Source of the DNA: Lingula anatina
Taxonomy: Eukaryota > Animalia > Brachiopoda
Direction: 5' to 3'
Assembly (NCBI GenBank): GCA_051362555.1
Contig: CM120643.1
Location: 10,664,001 to 10,728,000 of the forward strand
Length of the DNA stretch: 64,000 nt
Shown: piece after piece, positions 50,542-62,209 of the stretch
Layout: every line of letters begins with the position of its first letter
Numbering within the stretch: position 1 is the first letter of the stretch
Made by a program: the position numbers and the translations under genes
Notes under the pieces: model-generated
Told to the model about the DNA's origin: nothing
What the model saw: the letters and a program-made list of their open reading frames with translations, nothing else
Database searches by the model: none

Positions 50542-52097
50542 AGCTTATGAGGCATGCAGGCACAAGAGAAAATCACACCAAAAACTCAGCAGGAATAAGA
50601 AAGAGGAAGAGCAAGAATGGATGGGGTAAACATAAAAATGAGATGCTGATACTTAAAAAGATCCTGCACTGTCATATCCTACGTTAGCTCAGAAGCAGGA
50701 GGTCATAATTGTATGCAAAGGGACAGTGCAATGAAAAAGGGGGGAGGGGGGGTCACACAGTGTCCTGTACAAAGGGGATGTTTCCTGTTCAATGTAAGTT
50801 TTAGCATATCTTAAATTTATTCCTGTAGTTTTTAATCAAAATGCTCCTCATACAACAGCTGTTGCCAATGATTCTCTGGCTGAACAGAAGTAATTAGTCA
50901 AGGAGTTCTTAGTAAGAGAATTGATGTGTATAATAAGTAATCGCTTTGGCAGAGACCCTCTGATTGGAGCAGAAGCCAACTGCTCACAGGTGGCTTTGTG
51001 GCATAAAAATATTGCAAGGGAAAGTAGGGTGGTGAGTTGGAGCAAAGATTGCAAATGCCTCTCTCTTAGCTTCTAAGATGGCCCGCCCACCCCCCACCCC
51101 CCCAAAAAAAAAAATGAAAATGTGTTATGAGCAAAACCAGACAAAAACAAGTAATTTTCCAGCCCCGTTTCAAACATATTTGTTACAATGTTTGTTATAG
51201 TTAAAATTGCCCTTGTCTGCTGTTTATATTTGCCAAATGAAACCAGACCATTTTTTTCTTGTGCTCAGGTTTTTAGGCCTCTTGTGTTTACTTTCTTTTA
51301 TTCTTGAAACGATGTGCTTCCTTTTCTTTGAATAAATCTTGTTAAAAATCCTTTTTGTTTTGATTTAAAAAATGGGGCTTACATGTTTATCTATTTCATT
51401 TAATGGTTTCATTTCCATTTTTGAAAATGAATTCAACACTTCTTTGACACATAACATAATTATCTTATACCCCCTTCCCCCCTAGAGCAGTTGCTTGAAT
51501 CGTAATTAATTTGATCTAAAATTTAATTTTTAAAAAAATTGTCTCCCCTTATTTTCATTACGGCTGGTCTAAATTATTTAAAACATACATCTGTTTCCTT
51601 CAACTGCTTACATCCTTGAACCTGTTCACGCCTTAGTTTCTCTTCTATTTCCCTGACTGAGCCTCCCCCCCCCCAACACCCTGAATGCTCTCTTCAAAGA
51701 TCTAACACAAATACAAATACACATAACCACAAGGCAAAAACAGGAAACAGAGTTAATATTCCATCCAGCATGTCTTCATTCTGAGCCCCCTTCTCTGGAT
51801 TGCAACCTTTAAATAAAGTCCATCTGTGCTTTCTCCCAGCTGTCTCCTTCCCTGCCAGACCACGTGTCTCGGGCCTTTTAAATACCCTCTAAATAACACC
51901 TGGTAACTTGAATAGCAAAATTACCAACCGAAACCGATCGTGAAGATAAAACATTAGGTCTTTGTCACTCGCTCAGTGTATAACATGTTATATATCGTAT
52001 GTGAATGTTCATTTTTATGACTTTTTGGTACTGAGAGAGCGAGAACCATTGAACAAGAAAAGTAAACAAAGCGTGGTCGCTGAATTCCTTCACTCAC

Positions 52098-52350
52098 CTG
52101 GGCAGCGTGTAGCAAACACCTGTTGAATTCTACGCTTAGTTTTCCTGGAATTTTACGTGAACCAGCCTTCAAATCATTCGCTGCCTTCACTGGGTTTTCG
52201 ACCCAGAAGTTCAACAACTCATTGCTGAGCCAAGTCCTCCGGATTCGACGGAAAGAGACAACTAGTCACGGTCACCTGTCTCTGACGTCGAACCAGGAAG
52301 CCATCTTTGCGGAGCTCAGCCATCAAGAAACGAATTGCCCGCGAAACTTG
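52098..52350 (-). other. Probable distal first exon of the zinc-finger gene
   Basis: Perfect donor CAG|GTGAGT after 52098; CpG-rich; YY1-like AAGATGGC (~52300-52307 minus) and TGACGTC (~52284). The 5' end is approximate. Confidence 0.65.
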
Positions 52351-52420
52351 CCGACAAGTTTCAGCTTGGGTGTCGAGTTACAACACCCAGTTTTATACTG
52401 ATCATGAATGCTATACTCAC

Positions 52421-52570
52421 ATATATGAGGCTCTCAGGGTAACCTGTGTTAGATGATCGATGTCTTGGCGAGATTCGGGTCTTTCTGGGACAGAAGGTTC
52501 TACCACCAAGTGTCCCGTTTCTTGTCTCTGTGCGCTGCGACGGCGGCCAGCTGCCATCAGGCGACCTCAT
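52421..52570 (-). other. Second candidate first exon of the zinc-finger gene
   Basis: Donor TAT|GTGAGT after 52421; CpG-rich body; palindromic ctcatgaatattaatgag immediately upstream (52566-52583). The 5' end is approximate. Confidence 0.45.
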
Positions 52571-52702
52571 GAATATTAATGAGTATCTAGGAGGAAGGCG
52601 TGTCGTTCGCGATATTCCTGTTCGACTGCCGTTGCGATTTTGAGAATATTTTTTGTAGAGATCTTGATAGCAATTCTTGTGGTTTTCCATTTTTAGAAAA
52701 AA

Positions 52703-52733
<31 letters not shown>

Positions 52734-52792
52734 ATGAGGGAGGTTGAATAAAAGTTTCTGACACCAGACATGTTTTAATTATAATTACTTTT

Positions 52793-53012
52793 TTTTCTGT
52801 AGTTTTTATGTTGCTTATCTTGTCTCAGATTTCTCTGTTTATATTTTATTTATTCATCTGTTCTATCATTATCTCTTTCCTGCAAAATATTAAATGTTGT
52901 AGTTTTCTGTAGTTTTTATGTTGCTTATCTTGTCTCAGATTTCTCTGTTTATATTTTATTTATTCATCTGTTCTATCATTATCTCTTTCCTGCAAAATAT
53001 TAAATGTTGTTG
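52793..53012. repeat. Recent tandem duplication, 110-bp unit x2
   Basis: 52801-52900 is identical to 52911-53010. Confidence 0.95.
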
Positions 53013-53585
53013 TTGAGGTCTCACTCCAGCTAAAGTCATAATGCACATGTTGTTAAAGGCAAAGGCCAACTAACCGCGTTTGAAAATGTCCCAAACTCAT
53101 ATAGAGAGCTTATTATATATTTTCAGTCCACATCTTTTCTTTAAAGAGACAAAACCGCTTAAATAAAAGTAACCGATGTTGATATTTTCTGATATGTGCA
53201 GGACGTTGTGTTAATCTAACTGACTGCTCAGTGATTTAAACTTGATCATTTAATTAGAAATGGTATAAAAAATAAATGATAGTGCAGGTGTCCAAATGTG
53301 TACTGTAGGCCTACTCTACTGATAATTGTCAAATAAAGTTAAACTTCGTATAAGATTATTTTCAAAAGAGACACCAAAATAATTCTTTGAGTTTCAAAAC
53401 ACGTATTCGAGGGAAATAATGGATTAGAAGGTATAATTTTAATGACTTTTTTTATGTGGAGCCGAATTTATGCACGACCGTGTACAATGTGTTCGTGAAG
53501 CAAGCAGTGACGTGTGAGTGCGCATAAGCTCCACTGCACACGCTTCTTGTCGTATTCTCGAGAACACAATAGAACTTCGTTCTTT

Positions 53586-53626
<41 letters not shown>

Positions 53627-54737
53627 GAATGGGTGACTGAAAACTGACTTGTTGTTTAGAATCGAATAACGCAAGCAAGGTTGTGCGAATGCACTGGCAC
53701 TGCAATATGTGACCGCAACATTCGTCTTCTCTGTAGCATTCGCTCAAACACGAATGGATAAAGGGCGGGGCAGAAGTTCTGATTTATGTTCGATTTTCTC
53801 GAATTTCTAACAAGATATAGGAACGAAGTCCTACTGGCTTTGATTCTTGAGATGCACAGATATTTCAAATGTCGTTCTAAATAGAGGCGTGTTCAACGTC
53901 ATGTTCTCGGCATTTAACTACAGATTAAAGACGGGCAGACTGAAGGTGTGGAAGACGTTTTACTCCTTCAGTTGAACCAATATGAAAATTTGGCATAGAT
54001 TTTCAAAATCAAATTTTGCTTGTGTGCGTTTTGCTTTCAATAATTTTTTCTAAAAATTGGCACGTCACAAAATGCATGAAAATATAACATGCTATTAGAT
54101 GCATCTAAAGTAAATAAGATAAATCTCTATTACCTTTTTTTTTTGGGGGGGGGGGGTAGATGGGTTGGATATGCTGCTATGTTGTTTTGCTTGGGAAAAT
54201 AGGAGAGGGGTACCTCTCCATCCTGTACTCTCTTGATTATGTAAAAAAAATGTTTTCACATAAGACTAACACATATTGAGTAATTTTAGATAAATTAACA
54301 TAGGCCTACTGGTACGCGTACTTGACTATGATATATGATTATGATAGTAATAACATTTATTGAGCACTAAATGCTTAGGCTACATGGCTTTACATTTACT
54401 GACTCACTAATCAACGGAGATTAGTATATATACATGTATAGGCCTACAATAAGTATAATAATGAATATCATTACATTACATATTATTATCATAAAAATTT
54501 TATACTTGGCTAAATACATGTATTGTCACAGCAAAATTAAAAGTTCAAAAGTATTTTGTTGGTGTTTTTCAGCGCTCAAAACATATTTATGCAAAATTAA
54601 TGTTTGGTCCTTATATAACCCGTGCCTCGATTTGCAAAATATCAGAAGAATCCACGACCTATATCTGCAGCATACAGTTAAACGGTACGGATTGGTGCCC
54701 TCTTGGGTTAAGCCTCGATTTCAAATCAGTTACATAG

Positions 54738-54855
54738 ATGGCGAACTGGCGACTGCTCGCTCGGAGGATAACCTCCTCGTTTATTATAGGATTGTGTCTC
54801 GTGAATTTATCTGACAGCTCTTTATCCAAGTCGATTAAGCATCCTGTTATATTAA
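54738..54855 (+). CDS. PLA2G15: Lysosomal phospholipase A2 group XV, exon 1 (signal peptide region)
   Basis: MANWRLLARRITSSFIIGLCLVNLSDSSLSKSIKHPVIL plus 1 nt, donor A|GTAAGT; joins exon 2 to give HPVILIPGDGGSQLEAKLNK, matching the family N-terminus (PPVVLVPGDLGNQLEAKL). Confidence 0.9.
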
Positions 54856-56156
54856 GTAAGTATGTGTTCTGTAGCGTGTATATAAACACCACTTTTGATA
54901 TAAAAAAATGGTATAATTTGAAAGTCAGTGCGTTGTCAATGAAAATTTCATTGAATTAATTATATCCCTTTCAGTGCGTATCCAGTAATTGGCTTGATGC
55001 CATGGCTCTTTTGCGTGGCATATTTCTTATGTTTAAACAAATCTCTTGTCTGAAATGCAGTTGTAATATTCTCTAGTAGTCGTCTTGGTCAGAATTATCT
55101 ATGTTTTTTTGCCAAGGGTGCGAAATTCTAGATGAGATATCGGGCGATTTTAGTAGTGACCAAATCAGCCAATCAGAGTAGGGATTACGTACACACCTCC
55201 ATCAATAAACATAAACAATACTAATGGCCATTGGTCATAGATACCGGGCATTGAGCAGACTTAAAATTATTTTAATGATATTTTCGTTAAAATTTAAATA
55301 TTTCACTGGGACACAGAGTTAAGACCCACCGTGATAGGGTGACTGTAATTTTCTAAATATTACATTCTTTAAAATAACTGTAAATATTGATATAATTATG
55401 AAAAATATATTACTACTAGATATTTTTCTTTAGAGATTTTGAAAAATGGCTTAATTCACACACCTGTGAGGTACCGTTCATGTAATAGTATGCACATGCC
55501 AGACTTTGAAACTGCCAGACCTTTTTGTTGAAACATGCCCCGAAAAGAACTCTGTACCATATAATTATAACTCTTTAAAGTCAGCAAGTTGATTTATGCT
55601 TTAAATAATGTACATTAATGACCGTAAAGATCTCCACTTTTGACAGAAACAAAGTGACCACATTTTCAGCATTTTTTTTTTACCAATTTCACCCAGCGCA
55701 CTGGTGTTTTTGCTGTTGTAAACTGGTGCATCATCTCATGTTTGATGACTTTAATTTGATTTTAACGATTTAAACTTTTAAAAGTGCAGTTCATGTTTTA
55801 ATGTTTCACATCATAGTCTTTAAAGGTTTTTGGTTTGCCCTTGCAAGTTTGGGTTATACTTTATGATTTAAAATTTACTGCTCTGGCTGAATAATTTGTC
55901 GAATTTTGCACAATGCTACCAGCTGTTCAAATTTTAAATTCCCACTGAGTATAATCTTTTTTTAAGGTTTTGTTTAATATCCTTGTTTGTAACATTAAGC
56001 ACTTTAAGCTGTTAACACCATATAGCCCTTTAAATTTACCAAATGAGGCAAAGTCCATTTCCTGTTTCTAACATTGTTAATTTAAACTTTGCTTTTTGTT
56101 ATAAAGAAATCGCCACTTTGCTTTTAATATATGATGTAGCACTCAGACGTGATACT

Positions 56157-56280
56157 ACATTGTAATTTGTTTTTCACAGGTAGCACATGTCACATGTTGA
56201 TTTTTAAAAATAGTAAAGCTGTCTAACATTGTAATCTGTTTTTTTCCATAGGTAACACATGTCACATGTTGATTAAAAAA
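56157..56280 (+). repeat. ~71-bp tandem duplication in PLA2G15 intron 1
   Basis: acattgtaat(t/c)tgttttt...ca(c/t)aggta(g/a)cacatgtcacatgttgatt twice. Confidence 0.85.
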
Positions 56281-56967
56281 AAAAAAAACAGTATACCACA
56301 AAATATTTTTTTACCTGTGAGGCACAGTTGATTTATTATGTATGTGTATGTTGCATGTGACAAGGAACCTGCTTATTTCACGTGGATGTTATTCAGTTTA
56401 TGTTGTTAAGTAGTCAGGTGTTATGTAGTGTCACATGCCTACCAGGTGATACTTCAGTCATCATGCTGGCATAAAAAAGTTACCTGGTTAAATTAAATGC
56501 TGATGATAGTTATTCCATGTTCATGTTATTGATTGCCAGTCAGTTAAAATGACATATAATTTATTTCCACAACTTTATACATAGCATACTGTAATGTAGA
56601 TTGTTAATAAAGTTTGGTTTAAAGGTGGGAAATGTGAGGGTATCTTAATTGTCAGTGTTTTTTAAAGTTTTTATTTATGTGAGAGGACATATTAGCTTAT
56701 GTAGTCTTAAAAAGTTTGCTATTGTTGAGCCCCTAATGGATCTATGTTGGCAGACAACAAGATGAATCTAGACTACAATAAATATGTGTACAAATTTATT
56801 TTTAACAAAAGAGCAAACATTTTTTGTAAAATCATAGGTAATTTGAATATTTAAAATAATTTTATCTTTTCATCCATTGCCAGTATAAGCAGTGAATAAT
56901 TTACTACATGAATTCTTGATGTGTTTGTAGTGATAACAGAAATAATCCTTTAACAAACATCTTCCAG

Positions 56968-57124
56968 TCCCAGGAGATGGTGGAAGCCAATTAGAAGCAA
57001 AGCTGAACAAGACAAAATCCGTTCACATATTCTGCAGTCAGAAAACCAGTGACTATTTTGCACTATGGCTCAACTTGGAGCTGATGGAACCCTATGTATT
57101 GGACTGCTTTGTGGATAACATGAG
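56968..57124 (+). CDS. PLA2G15: PLA2G15 exon 2
   Basis: cttccag| IPGDGGSQLEAKLNKTKSVHIFCSQKTSDYFALWLNLELMEPYVLDCFVDNMR |GTAAGA; contains the conserved Cys pair; PGD rather than LCAT-type PGC. Confidence 0.96.
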
Positions 57125-57280
57125 GTAAGATACTGAAGGTGTGTTTCCATTTATGTTAGGGTACTATCCATCTCGGATAGCATGAGTTTGAGATAATAAG
57201 GCTTCAAAATTATGTCACGAAGGGGGACCACATATATTAAGTAGGAGATGGGAAGTATAATGAAGAGATTACATTTACTT

Positions 57281-57319
<39 letters not shown>

Positions 57320-57934
57320 CTGGTACTAGTAAGTTGCGGTTTCAAACATGGAGTTAAAATTTTTCATTTCTCTTTTCTCATGCTTCAGAAAACCAGGAAT
57401 TGAGGACTTACCTGAAAATTTCTTTCCTCTTTCTCTTTCATTTGTCTTTATTAATTTTGTATAAAGTGCTATATGTACATGTTTGTGTAACAAAAGTTTA
57501 TGTTAAGAAAGTAACATCCTTGTTCTCTTCCTGCTTTCTGCCATCTTATATATACATTTGAATAGGCCTCAGTGGTAAGGGTTTTATTCAGATACTTAAA
57601 ATGTTTTCATAAGGTGAAAGGGTTCAAAGTACAAATAGTGAGTGCATGTCATAGCACCTTTAATGCCCTTACAAAAATACTTTAACCCTGCTTAAACAAG
57701 ATGGATAGATGAAAACGTACAAGGAAAGAAAAAAAACAAACTTTGATGATGCTTGAGTATATGATTAGACTTATCTGGATTTTAGAGTAATGGTTTAAAG
57801 TGTGGTATGTCAACTGCTGCTTGTATAGTTCTTTATTTAATAGATTTAATACAAATACACTTACATGACTAAAAGTAAAAAAAGACACACAATCATGTTT
57901 TGAATATATAATATACTAGTATATTTATTTTTAG

Positions 57935-58053
57935 GTTGGTTTATGACAATGTAACACGAACTACAAAGAACTCTCCTGGAGTAGACATCAGGATCCCAGG
58001 CTTTGGTGGAACTAAGACTGTAGAATGGCTGGACTCTAGTGAAATATCACCTA
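57935..58053 (+). CDS. PLA2G15: PLA2G15 exon 3
   Basis: tttttag| LVYDNVTRTTKNSPGVDIRIPGFGGTKTVEWLDSSEISP |GTAAGT. Confidence 0.96.
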
Positions 58054-58072
58054 GTAAGTACAAACACATTAA

Positions 58073-58411
58073 AGGGATAATAACTCTTCGTTTTGGCCAA
58101 AAAATGAATTTTCCTGGAGTAAACAACAATTTTCCCATACTTACCAATGGTTAATGAATCCATTTTTACATTCAAAGTTAGTCCCTGGTTTTTTTTCTAA
58201 AAAGTTTGGTTTTTTTGTTAAAATCTCTTAAGAGATTATAACATAGTACAGCCATCAGTGGAAGTCACATGATCTGAAGACGAGCTCAGATCTCAGAATA
58301 ATAGCTATAACTGCTGTTTTTGTGGTAAAACGGAATATATCATATTTCTTTGAGTTGTTCACAATGTTTTTATTGTGAAATATAGATATCATACCAAGAG
58401 TAATTATCCCT
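58073..58411. mobile_element. TTAA-flanked Kolobok-like MITE, copy 2 (inverted relative to 1958-2294), in PLA2G15 intron 3
   Basis: TTAA at 58069-58072 and 58412-58415; same TIRs; about 20 substitutions and 2 indels versus copy 1 by manual alignment. Confidence 0.85.
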
Positions 58412-58853
58412 TTAATAATAATAATAATAATGTTGATTTTAATAAATTTTTGTGATAATATTAATAGCTATAGCTTAGCTATAGCTGAACAATTTCTAGG
58501 ATATTTAGGAAATTTCTGATTGAGATCAGTAGTGGGAGGATTATGCATTTGCATTAATAGAAATTGATTTGTTTCTTTGTACTGTTACTGTGTTTAAGGT
58601 GAAATATGTTAAATTAATATTTTCAGCCCATCTTTATTAGCAGTGTGCTTTACAGAGCAGATCTGGCTAAAGCAATGACTTAAAAAAAAAAAAAAACAAG
58701 TGCCTTGGTGTGATTTATTCTTTTTCACGGAGTTAAGAAGGAAGTGAATAAGGCAAACATATACACTTGACCTGGTTGGTGTGTGTGTGTGTGTGTATGT
58801 GTGTGTGTGATTTTAATGAACTGCATAACACCCATGTTTTTTTTTTCTTTCAG

Positions 58854-58952
58854 CCTCCTATTTTTCGGTTATGGTCCAGGACTTGTTAAGCATGGGCTAT
58901 GTAAGGAACCAGTCTGTGAGAGGAGCACCATATGACTTCAGGAAAGCACCAA
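58854..58952 (+). CDS. PLA2G15: PLA2G15 exon 4
   Basis: ttctttcag| SYFSVMVQDLLSMGYVRNQSVRGAPYDFRKAP |GTAAGA; carries the GAPYD(W/F)R family motif. Confidence 0.97.
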
Positions 58953-59136
58953 GTAAGAGAGCAAAACATTTTTTGGATCCCTTTTAGACCAGCAAATGAA
59001 TCTTTTCATTGTAGGGAATGTGATGTCATTGAGACAAAGGATTTCCTCAGTTATTTTGCATTTACCAGACCATTGTTATGGTAGAAACAAACTTGTGGAA
59101 ATATGAATAGCTCATTTCAAAATTTTAATGTTTCAG

Positions 59137-59364
59137 ATGAGCAGGCAGATTTTTTCCTGAAATTCAAGCAGCTGATAGAGGAAACGTTTACTATGAACAA
59201 CAACAGCCGCGTAGTGTTGGTGGGTCACAGTATGGGTAATATGTACACCCTGTACTTCCTCAACCACCAGCCACAGCAGTGGAAAGACAAATATATCAGG
59301 TCCTTTGTGTCCTTGGCAGGGCCATGGGGAGGAGCAGCAAAAACACTAAGGCTTATGTCTTCTG
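59137..59364 (+). CDS. PLA2G15: PLA2G15 exon 5 (catalytic Ser, GHSMG)
   Basis: tttcag| EQADFFLKFKQLIEETF...VVLVGHSMGNMYTLYFL...WKDKYIRSFVSLAGPWGGAAKTLRLMSSG |GTAAGT. Confidence 0.97.
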
Positions 59365-59698
59365 GTAAGTATACATGACCAAGTCCCCTTCATTTTCACA
59401 ATGAAAAAAAAAATATACGTATTGAAGAAAGTAATGAGAAAGAATGTGTACAAACCTTGAAGAAGATTTTCTCTTGTTGTGAAAAACATGTCTCAGACAC
59501 AGAATTCTTTTGTAAGGTTTTTTTTATTTTTTTTTTATTTTTTTTTATTTTATTTTTATTTTAATGTATTTGTTTTCTTTTTGTTATTACTCTTTTACTT
59601 TACTAGAATACCAGTAAGAAATTTAAACGCTTTTTCAACCTCTCTTTCTCTTTTTTCTTGTTTCATTTATATGTTTATTTTGTATTTTTTGCTTTTAG

Positions 59699-60228
59699 GT
59701 GATAGTTTGGGTTTCTACTCCATAATCCTGAACCCACTGGAGATTCGCCCACAACAGAGGTCAATGCCCAGCACTGCTTGGCTTTTACCTACAGACTCTG
59801 TCTGGAGCCCAGACGATGTCCTCGTCAGCAGGCCTGGGTACAACTACACACTGAAGGACTATAAAAAGTTCTTTCAGGATCTTAACTTCATGGACGGCTG
59901 GTACATGAGACAGGACACGGAGGGATTGACGAGGAAGTTGTCACCACCTGGTGTCGAGGTGCATTGTGTCCACGGATTGGGGGTGAAGACGCCGGCGGCG
60001 TTTTCGTTCACGGAAAAGCAGTGGCCGGATTCTCAGCCCACGGTGACATACAGTAATGGGGATGGGACGGTGAATAGTAGAAGTCTTGAAGGCTGTTTGT
60101 TGTGGCAGGAGAGGCAACCCCAGAGCGTGTACCATTATGTCATTCCCAATGCTGAACATATGCAACTTCTCTACAATGCAGATGCTATAAAGATAATTAA
60201 GAAAGTCGCAGGTAGCGACACTCCTTGA
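59699..60228 (+). CDS. PLA2G15: PLA2G15 exon 6 (catalytic Asp in GDGTV, His in EHM; stop)
   Basis: gcttttag| DSLGFYSIILNPLEIRPQQRSMPSTAWLLP...PPGVEVHCVHG...GDGTVNSRSL...AEHMQLL...SDTP*. The six exons total 1251 nt = 416 aa plus stop, with all phases compatible. Confidence 0.97.
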
Positions 60229-62010
60229 AGTAAAAACGCATGTACACAGGGAGAGGGAAAAGTTGCCTTAAATGGTTGTGCCAAAATTATCAAGATTTCT
60301 GTATTCAGGGATTCTGTACTAGTTAATGTTAGCTGTTGTCATGACAACTGAGACTAGTTAATACTCGTGGGTTGCAAAGATGTGTTGGGAACATGTCAGG
60401 ATGTGACTTGTTATTTTTGTTCCAAAGTTATAAGAACCCATTGATGCAACAAAATATGGGGAACAGTTTAAAACCAAGTTCCTCAGAAAATCGCCTTTTT
60501 GTTTTTTTTTTTGAAAAAAAAATGTAAAGTTATTTGACTAATCAAACCGTTTAAGTTAAAGTGGGAAATTAGGATTCAAGTGGCTACTTGAAGGGAAAAT
60601 TCAGTTTCGATAATCAGTGTAGGAATTGACATGAATTTTGGAACAAAATTTCATCCCTTTATGAAGATCATATCTATGCCCTGAGATGTTTCTAGCTCAG
60701 CTAATGATGGTCTTTAATGATTCTAGCCAGGTTCAATGCAGTGCTATTAGAATTGATTTTACAGTAAGTTCTTCCATTCCTGGATATGTTGAAGTTATTG
60801 TCAAAAGACCCAAAAATTGTGTCTGTTGTTTTAATGTGTATACGCTGATCTTCAGATCTGATGCATGCCAATCTCTTCATTTCCAGTTGTCCACATCAGA
60901 TTCTACACAAATATCACTTAGTGTTCATACATATGAATTAAAACCTGAAGAAACTGGCCCACATTGGGCTGAAATTCTTACTACATATGAAGAAATGGTA
61001 AATGTGCACATTTCAAATTCCATGTCATTGGAATTGTGCCTAATGCATGTGAGCACCATTTTTCTTCCAAAACTTGATATATAGTGCAATTTTTATGTGT
61101 TATTAAGGCAGACTGACAAAGAACAGCTAGCTGTATCTCTTTGCTAATTAATAGAGTTAGTTGGTAAAGATAAAATATGATACAGATCTTAATACATGTA
61201 CAATATGACGCAGATAGTGATGAATATGTTCTTCTTGATATATACATATACATTGGATATGACGCATGATAAAGCTCAATTGGATTATTTGTCGTGAAAT
61301 TTTTGTTTCTCAATAAGTGGGCCAAATTTTGGTTTCCAAGACATTGCAAGCCCAGTGTAACTGGAGCTGAAGTATTTAAGAGTGAAGGAAGATTATTATT
61401 ATTATTATTAGCACAGTGTCGTCTTTCGGGTTGTTTTTTTTTTTTTTTTTTTTTAAATCAGACCTCATTGGATTAATCTTGATGATTTTCCAGTAGCTCA
61501 CTGTTTTGTTATCAAACTCTTCTTAACCTTATTTATCTTTTAGTGTTAATAGCACAATACATGTATATAGTCACTAACAGCTCTTTCACATATTTACTTG
61601 TGGTTAAGTTCTCAGATAAGTTACTTTTTACCTCACCAAAAACTGCCAAGAAATGCTCACTTAGAACCATGATCTGAAGTGCGTTATATCATATTATATG
61701 CCATAAATGGTCATTTACATAGAAAATTTTTGTAATATGATCTAAGGTTTGAAGTTTTACAATGTTTAATAAGGCATGGACAGCTTTATGTAAATACATA
61801 ACATTATATGAATGCTTCCAAATGGAATTCTAGTCTTTGGTCGAGAACAGCTGAACATTTAGTTATAAGCATTGTATAGAATGAATATTTTAGAAACTAA
61901 TATCTAACAGTTAGGTATGTGTAGTGACTTCTTGCAGTGGATGGAACCTGATTTTTTTTCACGTTTTTTTTATTTTCTTTTTAATGTAGCACTAGACAAT
62001 AGATTTTAAA

Positions 62011-62016
62011 AATAAA
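62011..62016 (+). terminator. Candidate polyadenylation signal for PLA2G15
   Basis: AATAAA about 1.8 kb after the stop, following a U-rich tract; other candidates lie further downstream. Confidence 0.35.
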
Positions 62017-62209
62017 ACCGTTTTGATGAAGACAGAGCTCAGAGTGTATTGGTATCACCATTAATATTATAACCAATGTACCCATGCAGTTTCAGGTTGC
62101 AAAAACCGTGTCATATGACATTTGCTGCTTTGAGTTAGACATATCAAAGACATGATTTGATGTCTAGGTGTGAATATTATCGAAAAGTCTTCAACATTTT
62201 TTATGGAGG

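Larger units (their letters stand above)
51850..54850. promoter_or_regulatory. CpG-retaining divergent promoter zone between the zinc-finger gene and PLA2G15
   Basis: CpG is visibly frequent at 52070-52640, 53440-53960 and 54620-54840 but scarce across the flanking gene bodies; GC box gggcgggg near 53762; base skew flips from A/C-rich to T/G-rich on the plus strand here. Confidence 0.65.

Noticed and set aside
52361-52771. 136-aa minus-strand ORF at the promoter
   Set aside because: Includes a (TTTA)n microsatellite and GC-richer promoter DNA that is stop-poor; no domain.
57682-57700. ttaaccct piggyBac-like end
   Set aside because: No matching agggttaa partner with complementary inner sequence was found nearby.
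59479-59698. Hydrophobic N-terminus of the 249-aa ORF suggesting a membrane-anchored lipase
   Set aside because: It is the T-rich intron 5 read in frame; family homology and the acceptor begin at 59699.
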